Under the pieces are notes generated by a model. The model did not search any database. It saw only the letters and a list, made by a program, of their open reading frames with translations, and was not told the origin of the DNA. From the human T2T-CHM13v2.0 reference genome, Homo sapiens, in the NCBI RefSeq assembly GCF_009914755.1, contig NC_060946.1: a stretch of DNA of 64,000 nucleotides. One strand, 5' to 3'. Positions 53,301-64,000 of this stretch are shown in pieces. A program made the translations under genes and the position numbers. Numbering within the stretch: the stretch's first letter is position 1; each line of letters begins with the position of its first letter.

Positions 53301-56300
53301 ACATACTACAAAAAGAGTGCCTCAAAGCTGCTCTTTGAAACGGAATGTTCAACTCTATGAGTTGAATGCAAACATCACAAAGACGTTTCTGAGAATGCTT
53401 CTGTCTAGATTTGATATGAAGATATTCCCGTTTCCAACGAAATCTTCAAATCTATCCAAATGTCCACTTGCAGATTCAACAAAAAGTGTTTTTCAGAACT
53501 GCTCTATCAAAAGAAAGATCCACCTCTGTTAGCTGAGTTCACACATCACAAACAAGTTTATGAGAATGCTTCTGTCTAGTTTTTATTTGAAGATATTTCC
53601 TTTCTCACCATAGACCTGAAAGCTGTCCTAATGTTCACTTCCAGATACCACAGAAAGAGTGTTTCAAAACTGCTGTACGAAAGGGAATGTTCAACTCTGT
53701 GACTTGAATGCACACATCACAAAGAAGTTTCTGAGGATGCTGCTGTCTACTTTTTATACGTAATCCCGTTTCCAACGAAATCCTCCAAGCTATCCAAATA
53801 TCCACTTGCAGATTCCACAGAAAGACTGTTTCAAAACTGCTCTGTCAATAGAAAGGTTCAACTCTGTTAGCTGCGTGCATATATCCCAAAGAAGATTCTG
53901 AGATTGCTTCTGTCTAGTTTTTATGGGAAGATATTTCCCTTTTCACCGTAGGCGTCAAGGCGCTCCAAATGTCCACTTCCAGATACTACAAAAAGAGTGT
54001 TTCAAACCTACTCTGTGAAAGGGAATATTCAACTCTGTGACTTGAATGCAGATATCACAAAGAAGTTTCTGAGAATGCTTCTGTCGAGATTTTATATGAA
54101 GATATTCCCGTTTCCAACGAAATCCTGAAATCTATCCAAATATCCCCTCGCAGATTCTACAAAAAGAGTGTTTCAAAACTGTTCTGTAAAAAGAAAGGTT
54201 CAACTCTGTTAGTTGAGTACACACATCACAAACAAGTATCACAGAATGCTTCTTTCTAGCTTGTAGGGAAAGATATTCCCTTTATCACCATGGGCCTCAA
54301 ACCGTCCGAAACGTCCACTTCCATATACTTCAAAAAGAGCGTTTCAAACCTGCTCTATGAAAGGCAATGTTCAACTCTGTGACTTGAATGCAGACATCAC
54401 AGAGCTGTTTCTGAGAATGCTTCTATCTAGATTTTATAGGATGATATTCCCGTTTCCAACGAAATCTTCACAGCTATCCAAATATCCACTTGCAGATTCT
54501 ACATAAAGAGTGTATCCAAACTGCTCTGGCAAAAGGAAGGTTCTTCTCTGTTAGGTGAGTGCATACGTCATAAAGGAGTTTCTGAGAATGTTTCTGTCTA
54601 GTGGTTATGGGAAGATATTTGCTTTTTCACCGTAGGCCTCAGAGCGCTCCAAATATCCACTTGCACATACTACAAAAAGAGTGCCTCAAAGCTGCTCTCT
54701 GAAATGGAATGTTCAACTCTATGAGTTGAATGCAAACATCACAAAGACGTTTCTGAGAATGCTTCTGTCTAGATTTGATATGAAGATATTCCCGTTTCCA
54801 ACGAAATCTTCAAATCTATCCAAATGTCCACTTGCAGATTCAACAAAAAGTGTTTTTCAGAACTGCTCTATCAAAAGAAAGATCCACCTCTGTTAGCTGA
54901 GTTCACACATCCAAACAAGTTTATGAGAATGCTTCTGTCTAGTTTTTATTTGAAGATATTTCCTTTCTCACCATAGACCTGAAAGCTGTCCTAATGTTCA
55001 CTTCCAGATACCACAGAAAGAGTGTTTCAAAACTGCTGTACGAAAGGGAATGTTCAACTCTGTGACTTGAATGCACACATCACAAAGAAGTTTCTGAGGA
55101 TGCTGCTGTCTACTTTTTATACGTAATCCCGTTTCCAACGAAATCCTCCAAGCTATCCAAATATCCACTTGCAGATTCCACAGAAAGACTGTTTCAAAAC
55201 TGCTCTGTCAATAGAAAGGTTCAACTCTGTTAGCTGCGTGCATATATCCCAAAGAAGATTCTGAGATTGCTTCTGTCTAGTTTTTATGGGAAGATATTTC
55301 CCTTTTCACCGTAGGTGTCAAGGCGCTCCAAATGTCCACTTCCAGATACTACAAAAAGAGTGTTTCAAACCTGCTCTGTGATAGGGAATATTCAACTCTG
55401 TGACTTGAATGCACATATCACAAAGAAGTTTCTGAGAATGCTTCTGTCGAGATTTTATATGAAGATATTCCCGTTTCCAAAGAAATCCTGAAATCTATCC
55501 AAATATCCCCTCGCAGATTCTACAAAAAGAGTGTTTCAAAACTGCTCTGTAAAAAGAAAGGTTCAACTCTGTTAGTTGAGTACACACATCACAAACAAGT
55601 TTCACAGAATGCTTCTTTCTAGCTTGTAGGGGAAGATATTCCCTTTATCACCATGGGCCTCCAACCGTCCGAAACGTCCACTTCCATATACTACAAAAAG
55701 AGCGTTTCAAACCTGCTCTAGGAAAGGCAATGTTCAACTCTGTGACTTGAATGCAGACATCACAGAGCAGTTTCTGAGAATGCTTCTGTCTAGATTTTAT
55801 AGGAAGATATTCCCGTTTCCAACGAAATCTTCACAGCTATCCAAATATCCACTTGCAGATTCTACAAAAAGAGTGTATCAAAACTGCTCTGTCAAAAGGA
55901 AGGTTCTTCTCTGTTAGGTGAGTGCATACGTCATAAAGGAGTTTCTGAGAATGTTTCTGTCTAGTGGTTATGGGAAGATATTTGCTTTTTCACCGTAGGC
56001 CTCAGAGCGCTCCAAATATCCACTTGCACATACTACAAAAAGAGTGCCTCAAAGCTGCTCTTTGAAACGGAATGTTCAACTCTATGAGTTGAATGCAAAC
56101 ATCACAAAGACGTTTCTGAGAATGCTTCTGTCTAGATTTGATATGAAGATATTCCCGTTTCCAACGAAATCTTCAAATCTATCCAAATGTCCACTTGCAG
56201 ATTCAACAAAAAGTGTTTTTCAGAACTGCTCTATCAAAAGAAAGATCCACCTCTGTTAGCTGAGTTCACACATCACAAACAAGTTTATGAGAATGCTTCT

Positions 56301-59300
56301 GTCTAGTTTTTATTTGAAGATATTTCCTTTCTCACCATAGACCTGAAAGCTGTCCTAATGTTCACTTCCAGATACTACAGAAAGAGTGTTTCAAAACTGC
56401 TGTACGAAAGGGAATGTTCAACTCTGTGACTTGAATGCACACATCACAAAGAAGTTTCTGAGGATGCTGCTGTCTACTTTTTATACGTAATCCCGTTTCC
56501 AACGAAATCCTCCAAGCTATCCAAATATCCACTTGCAGATTCCACAGAAAGACTGTTTCAAAACTGCTCTGTCAATAGAAAGGTTCAACTCTGTTAGCTG
56601 CGTGCATATATCCCAAAGAAGATTCTGAGATTGCTTCTGTCTAGTTTTTATGGGAAGATATTTCCCTTTTCACCGTAGGCGTCAAGGCGCTCCAAATGTC
56701 CACTTCCAGATACTACAAAAAGAGTGTTTCAAACCTACTCTGTGAAAGGGAATATTCAACTCTGTGACTTGAATGCACATATCACAAAGAAGTTTCTGAG
56801 AATGCTTCTGTCGAGATTTTATATGAAGATATTCCCGTTTTCAACGAAATCCTGAAATCTATCCAAATATCCCCTCGCAGATTCTACAAAAAGAGTGTTT
56901 CAAAACTGCTCTGTAAAAAGAAAGGTTCAACTCTGTTAGTTGAGTACACACATCACAAACAAGTTTCACAGAATGCTTCTTTCTAGCTTGTAGGGGAAGA
57001 TATTCCCTTTATCACCATGGTCCTCAAACCGTCCGAAACGTCCACTTCCATATACTACAAAAAGAGCGTTTCAAACCTGCTCTAGGAAAGGCAATGTTCA
57101 ACTCTGTGACTTGAATGCAGACATCACAGAACAGTTTCTGAGAATGCTTCTGTCTAGATTTTATAGGAAGATATTCCCGTTTCCAACGAAATCTTCACAG
57201 CTATCCAAATATCCACTTGCAGATTCTACAAAAAGAGTGTATCAAAACTGCTCTGTCAAAAGGAAGGTTCTTCTCTGTTAGGTGAGTGCATACGTCATAA
57301 AGGAGTTTCTGAGAATGTTTCTGTCTAGTGGTTATGGGAAGATATTTGCTTTTTCACCGTAGGCCTCAGAGCGCTCCAAATATCCACTTGCACATACTAC
57401 AAAAAGAGTGCCTCAAAGCTGCTCTCTGAAACGGAATGTTCAACTCTATGAGTTGAATGCAAACATCACAAAGACGTTTCTGAGAATGCTTCTGTCTAGA
57501 TTTGATATGAAGATATTCCCGTTTCCAACGAAATCTTCAAATCTATCCAAATGTCCACTTGCAGATTCAACAAAAAGTGTTTTTCAGAACTGCTCTATCA
57601 AAAGAAAGATCCACCTCTGTTAGCTGAGTTCACACATCACAAACAAGTTTATGAGAATGCTTCTGTCTAGTTTTTATTTGAAGATATTTCCTTTCTCACC
57701 ATAGACCTGAAAGCTGTCCTAATGTTCACTTCCAGATACTACAGAAAGAGTGTTTCAAAACTGCTGTTCGAAAGGGAATTTTCAACTCTGTGACTTGAAT
57801 GCACACATCACAAAGAAGTTTCTGAGGATGCTGCTGTCTACTTTTTATACGTAATCCCGTTTCCAACGAAATCCTCCAAGCTATCCAAATATCCACTTGC
57901 AGATTCCACAGAAAGACTGTTTCAAAACTGCTCTGTCAATAGAAAGGTTCAACTCTGTTAGCTGCGTGCATATATCCCAAAGAAGATTCTGAGATTGCTT
58001 CTGTCTAGTTTTTATGGGAAGATATTTCCCTTTTCACCGTAGGCATCAAGGCGCTCCAAATGTCCACTTCCAGATACTACAAAAAGAGTGTTTCAAACCT
58101 ACTCTGTGAAAGCGAATATTCAACTCTGTGACTTGAATGCACATATCAGAAAGAAGTTTCTGAGAATGCTTCTGTCGAGATTTTATATGAAGATATTCCC
58201 GTTTCCAACGAAATCCTGAAATCTATCCAAATATCCCCTCGCAGATTCTACAAAAAGAGTGTTTCAAAACTGCTCTGTAAAAAGAAAGGTTCAACTCTGT
58301 TAGTTGAGTACACACATCACAAACAAGTTTCACAGAATGCTTCTTTCTAGCTTGTAGGGAAAGATATTCCCTTTATCACCATGGGCCTCCAACCGTCCGA
58401 AACGTCCACTTCCATATACTACCAAAAGAGCGTTTCAAACCTGCTCTAGGAAAGGCAATGTTCAACTCTCTGACTTGAATGCAGACATCACAGAGCAGTT
58501 TCTGAGAATGTTTCTGTCTAGATTTTATAGGAAGATATTCCCGTTTCCAACGAAATCTTCACAGCTATCCAAATATCCACTTGCAGATTCTACAAAAAGA
58601 GTGTATCAAAACTGCTCTGTCAAAAGGAAGGTTCTTCTCTGTTAGGTGAGTGCATACGTCATAAAGGAGTTTCTGAGAATGTTTCTGTCTAGTGGTTATG
58701 GGAAGATATTTGCTTTTTCCCCGTAGACCTCAGAGCGCTCCAAATGTCGACTTGCACATGCTACAAAAAGAGTGCTTCAAAGCTGCTCTCTGAAAGGGAA
58801 TGTTCAACTCTATGAGTTGAATGTAAACATCACAAAGACGTTTCTGAGAATGCTTCTGTCTAGATTTGATATGAAGATATTCCCGTTTCCAACGAAATCT
58901 TCAAATCTATCCAAATGTCCACTTGCAGATTCAACAAAAAGTGTTTTTCAAAACTGCTGTATCAAAAGAAAGATCCACGTCTGTTAGCTGAGTTCACACA
59001 TCACAAACAAGTTTATGAGAATGCTTCTGTCTAGTTTTTATTTGAAGATATTTCCTTTCTCACCATAGACCTGAAAGCTGTCCTAATGTTCACTTCCAGA
59101 TACTACAGAAAGAGTGTTTCAAAACTGCTGTACGAAAGGGAATGTTCAACTCTGTGACTTGAATGCACACATCACAAAGAAGTTTCTGAGGATGCTGCTG
59201 TCTACTTTTTATACGTAATCCCGTTTCCAACGAAATCCTCCAAGCTATCCAAATATCCACTTGCAGATTCCACAGAAAGACTGTTTCAAAACTGCTCTGT

Positions 59301-60719
59301 CAATAGAAAGGTTCAACTCTGTTAGCTGCGTGCATATATCCCAAAGAAGATTTTGAGATTGCTTCTGTCTAGTTTTTATGGGAAGATATTTCCCTTTTCA
59401 CCGTAGGTGTCAAGGCTCTCCAAATGTCCACTTCCAGATACTACAAAAAGAGTGTTTCAAACCTACTCTGTGAAAGGGAATATTCAACTCTGTGACTTTA
59501 ATGCACATATCACAAAGAAGTTTCTGAGAATGCTTCTGTCGAGATTTTATATGAAGATATTCCCGTTTCCAAAGAAATCCTGAAATCTATCCAAATATCC
59601 CCTCGCAGATTCTACAAAAAGAGTGTTTCAAAACTGCTCTGTAAAAAGAAAGGTTCAACTCTGTTAGTTGAGTACACACATCACAAACAAGTTTCACAGA
59701 ATGCTTCTTTCTAGCTTGTAGGGGAAGATATTCCCTTTATCACCATGGGCCTCCAACCGTCCGAAACGTCCACTTTCATATACTACAAAAAGAGCGTTTC
59801 AAACCTGCTCTAGGAAAGGCAATGTTCAACTCTGTGACTTGAATGCAGACATCACAGAGCAGTTTCTGAGAATGCTTCTGTCTAGATTTTATAGGAAGAT
59901 ATTCCCGTTTCCAACGAAATCTTCACAGCTATCCAAATATCCACTTGCAGATTCTACAAAAAGAGTGTATCAAAACTGCTCTGTCAAAAGGAAGGTTCTT
60001 CTCTGTTAGGTGAGTGCATACGTCATAAAGGAGTTTCTGAGAATGTTTCTGTCTAGTGGTTATGGGAAGATATTTGCTTTTTCACCGTAGGCCTCAGAGC
60101 GCTCCAAATATCCACTTGCACATACTACAAAAAGAGTGCCTCAAAGCTGCTCTCTGAAACGGAATGTTCAACTCTATGAGTTGAATGCAAACATCACAAA
60201 GACGTTTCTGAGAATGCTTCTGTCTAGATTTGATATGAAGATATTCCCGTTTCCAACGAAATCTTCAAATCTATCCAAATGTCCACTTGCAGATTCAACA
60301 AAAAGTGTTTTTCAGAACTGCTCTATCAAAAGAAAGATCCACCTCTGTTAGCTGAGTTCACACATCACAAACAAGTTTATGAGAATGCTTCTGTCTAGTT
60401 TTTATTTGAAGATATTTCCTTTCTCACCATAGACCTGAAAGCTGTCCTAATGTTCACTTCCAGATACTACAGAAAGAGTGTTTCAAAACTGCTGTACGAA
60501 AGGGAATGTTCAACTCTGTGACTTGAATGCACACATCACAAAGAAGTTTCTGAGGATGCTGCTGTCTACTTTTTATACGTAATCCCGTTTCCAACGAAAT
60601 CCTCCAAGCTATCCAAATATCCACTTGCAGATTCCACAGAAAGACTGTTTCAAAACTGCTCTGTCAATAGAAAGGTTCAACTCTGTTAGCTGCGTGCATA
60701 TATAACAAAGAAGATTCTG

Positions 60720-63700
60720 AGATTCCTTCTGTCTAGTTTTTATGGGAAGATATTTCCCTTTTCACCGTAGGCGTCAAGGCGCTCCAAATGTCCACTTCCA
60801 GATACTACAAAAAGAGTGTTTCAAACCTACTCTGTGAAAGGGAATATTCAACTCTGTGACTTGAATGCACATATCACAAAGAAGTTTCTGAGAATGCTTC
60901 TGTCGAGATTTTATATGAAGATATTCCCGTTTCCAACGAAATCCTGAAATCTATCCAAATATCCCCTCGCAGATTCTACAAAAAGAGTGTTTCAAAACTG
61001 CTCTGTAAAAAGAAAGGTTCAACTCTGTTAGTTGAGTACACACATCACAAACAAGTTTCACAGAATGCTTCTTTCTAGCTTGTAGGGGAAGATATTCCCT
61101 TTATCACCATGGTCCTCAAACCGTCCGAAACGTCCACTTCCATATACTACAAAAAGAGCGTTTCAAACCTGCTCTAGGAAAGGCAATGTTCAACTCTGTG
61201 ACTTGAATGCAGACATCACAGAGCAGTTTCTGAGAATGCTTCTGTCTAGATTTTATAGGAAGATATTCCCGTTTCCAACGAAATCTTCACAGCTATCCAA
61301 ATATCCACTTGCAGATTCTACAAAAAGAGTGTATCAAAACTGCTCTGTCAAAAGGAAGGTTCTTCTCTGTTAGGTGAGTGCATACGTCATAAAGGAGTTT
61401 CTGAGAATGTTTCTGTCTAGTGGTTATGGGAAGATATTTGCTTTTTCACCGTAGGCCTCAGAGCGCTCCAAATATCCACTTGCACATACTACAAAAAGAG
61501 TGCCTCAAAGCTGCTCTCTGAAACGGAATGTTCAACTCTATGAGTTGAATGCAAACATCACAAAGACGTTTCTGAGAATGCTTCTGTCTAGATTTGATAT
61601 GAAGATATTCCCGTTTCCAACGAAATCTTCAAATCTATCCAAATGTCCACTTGCAGATTCAACAAAAAGTGTTTTTCAGAACTGCTCTATCAAAAGAAAG
61701 ATCCACCTCTGTTAGCTGAGTTCACACATCACAAACAAGTTTATGAGAATGCTTCTGTCTAGTTTTTATTTGAAGATATTTCCTTTCTCACCATAGACCT
61801 GAAAGCTGTCCTAATGTTCACTTCCAGATACTACAGAAAGAGTGTTTCAAAACTGCTGTACGAAAGGGAATTTTCAACTCTGTGACTTGAATGCACACAT
61901 CACAAAGAAGTTTCTGAGGATGCTGCTGTCTACTTTTTATACGTAATCACGTTTCCAACGAAATCCTCCAAGCTATCCAAATATCCAGTTGCAGATTCCA
62001 CAGAAAGACTGTTTCAAAACTGCTCTGTCAATAGAAAGGTTCAACTCTGTTAGCTGCGTGCATATATCCCAAAGAAGATTCTGAGATTGCTTCTGTCTAG
62101 TTTTTATGGGAAGATATTTCCCTTTTCACCGTAGGTGTCAAGGCGCTCCAAATGTCCACTTCCAGATACTACAAAAAGAGTGTTTCAAACCTACTCTGTG
62201 AAAGGGAATATTCAACTCTGTGACTTGAATGCACATATCACAAAGAAGTTTCTGAGAATGCTTCTGTCGAGATTTTATATGAAGATATTCCCGTTTTCAA
62301 CGAAATCCTGAAATCTATCCAAATATCCCCTCGCAGATTCTACAAAAAGAGTGTTTCAAAACTGCTCTGTAAAAAGAAAGGTTCAACTCTGTTAGTTGAG
62401 TACACACATCACAAACAAGTTTCACAGAATGCTTCTTTCTAGCTTGTAGGGGAAGATATTCCCTTTATCACCATGGTCCTCAAACCGTCCGAAACGTCCA
62501 CTTCCATATACTACAAAAAGAGCGTTTCAAACCTGCTCTAGGAAAGGCAATGTTCAACTCTGTGACTTGAATGCAGACATCACAGAACAGTTTCTGAGAA
62601 TGCTTCTGTCTAGATTTTATAGGAAGATATTCCCGTTTCCAACGAAATCTTCACAGCTATCCAAATATCCACTTGCAGATTCTACAAAAAGAGTGTATCA
62701 AAACTGCTCTGTCAAAAGGAAGGTTCTTCTCTGTTAGGTGAGTGCATACGTCATAAAGGAGTTTCTGAGAATGTTTCTGTCTAGTGGTTATGGGAAGATA
62801 TTTGCTTTTTCACCGTAGGCCTCAGAGCGCTCCAAATATCCACTTGCACATACTACAAAAAGAGTGCCTCAAAGCTGCTCTCTGAAACGGAATGTTCAAC
62901 TCTATGAGTTGAATGCAAACATCACAAAGACGTTTCTGAGAATGCTTCTGTCTAGATTTGATATGAAGATATTCCCGTTTCCAACGAAATCTTCAAATCT
63001 ATCCAAATGTCCACTTGCAGATTCAACAAAAAGTGTTCTTCAGAACTGCTCTATCAAAAGAAAGATCCACCTCTGTTAGCTGAGTTCACACATCACAAAC
63101 AAGTTTATGAGAATGCTTCTGTCTAGTTTTTATTTGAAGATATTTCCTTTCTCACCATAGACCTGAAAGCTGTCCTAATGTTCACTTCCAGATACTACAG
63201 AAAGAGTGTTTCAAAACTGCTGTTCGAAAGGGAATTTTCAACTCTGTGACTTGAATGCACACATCACAAAGAAGTTTCTGAGGATGCTGCTGTCTACTTT
63301 TTATACGTAATCCCGTTTCCAACGAAATCCTCCAAGCTATCCAAATATCCACTTGCAGATTCCACAGAAAGACTGTTTCAAAACTGCTCTGTCAATAGAA
63401 AGGTTCAACTCTGTTAGCTGCGTGCATATATCCCAAAGAAGATTCTGAGATTGCTTCTGTCTAGTTTTTATGGGAAGATATTTCCCTTTTCACCGTAGGC
63501 GTCAAGGCGCTCCAAATGTCCACTTCCAGATACTACAAAAAGAGTGTTTCAAACCTACTCTGTGAAAGCGAATATTCAACTCTGTGACTTGAATGCACAT
63601 ATCACAAAGAAGTTTCTGAGAATGCTTCTGTCGAGATTTTATATGAAGATATTCCCGTTTCCAACGAAATCCTGAAATCTATCCAAATATCCCCTCGCAG

Positions 63701-64000
63701 ATTCTACAAAAAGAGTGTTTCAAAACTGCTCTGTAAAAAGAAAGGTTCAACTCTGTTAGTTGAGTACACACATCGCAAACAAGTTTCACAGAATGCTTCT
63801 TTCTAGCTTGTAGGGGAAGATATTCCCTTTATCACCATGGGCCTCCAACCGTCCGAAACGTCCACTTCCATATACTACCAAAAGAGCGTTTCAAACCTGC
63901 TCTAGGAAAGGCAATGTTCAACTCCCTGACTTGAATGCAGACATCACAGAGCAGTTTCTGAGAATGCTTCTGTCTAGATTTTATAGGAAGATATTCCCGT
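60720..64000. repeat. Recent multi-HOR duplicated block, copy 2 (runs off the window end)
   Basis: Carries the same rare variants as 47081-50361. Confidence 0.9.

Larger units (their letters stand above)
1..64000 (-). repeat. Centromeric alpha-satellite HOR array, ~47 tandem copies of a 1364-bp 8-mer
   Basis: Seen: ~171-bp monomers with alphoid motifs (ttcaactctgtgacttgaatgc, tttctgagaatgcttctgtctag, atccacttgcagattc). Homologous positions recur every 1362-1365 bp (ORF starts 128, 1491, 2856, 4220 ... 62864). The CENP-B box reads canonically on the minus strand throughout. Confidence 0.99.

Noticed and set aside
128-63079. Dozens of 65-71 aa plus-strand ORFs with near-identical translations
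   Set aside because: These are chance open frames in satellite monomers that repeat with the HOR. Many start at GTG or TTG, they appear or vanish with single SNPs (ctatg/ctagg), and they show no recognisable domain or gene context. They are useful only as variant markers.
1-64000. CRISPR-like array of regularly spaced conserved 17-mers
   Set aside because: The motifs are CENP-B boxes. The intervening DNA is itself repeated rather than unique spacers, and there are no cas genes.
1-64000. Transposon insertion, inversion or monomer-deleted HOR variant
   Set aside because: HOR spacing stays at 1362-1365 bp throughout and box orientation never flips, leaving no room for such events.
1-64000. A previously undescribed biological system or code in the HOR variant order
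   Set aside because: The patterns are adequately explained by unequal exchange, segmental duplication and gene conversion. Nothing in the sequence shows function beyond known centromeric satellite biology.

Overview
The whole 64 kb is one uninterrupted, single-orientation array of primate (almost certainly human) centromeric alpha-satellite. It holds ~47 copies of a 1364-bp, 8-monomer higher-order repeat (HOR; 7 x 171 bp + 1 x 167 bp), with a CENP-B box in every second monomer on the minus strand. The dimeric A/B organisation, 8-mer length and 680-bp XbaI-TaqI spacing point to the suprachromosomal family 2 active HOR shared by chromosomes 14 and 22 (D14Z9/D22Z1). That assignment rests on recall, not a database search. 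I see no genes, RNA genes, transposon insertions, inversions or monomer-deleted HORs, and the ORF track is a repeat artefact. I found no new biological system. The information lies in copy-to-copy variants: a divergent haplotype island in the first ~7 kb, a recurring 4-HOR cassette, block duplications offset by 1364, ~2728, 8183, 10910, 12274 and 13639 bp, mosaic HORs, and a CENP-B-box-disrupting allele in ~17 of 47 HORs. All variant counts were made by eye and need alignment to confirm. HORs are numbered H1-H47 from the recurring 71-aa ORF starts (128, 1491, 2856 ...).
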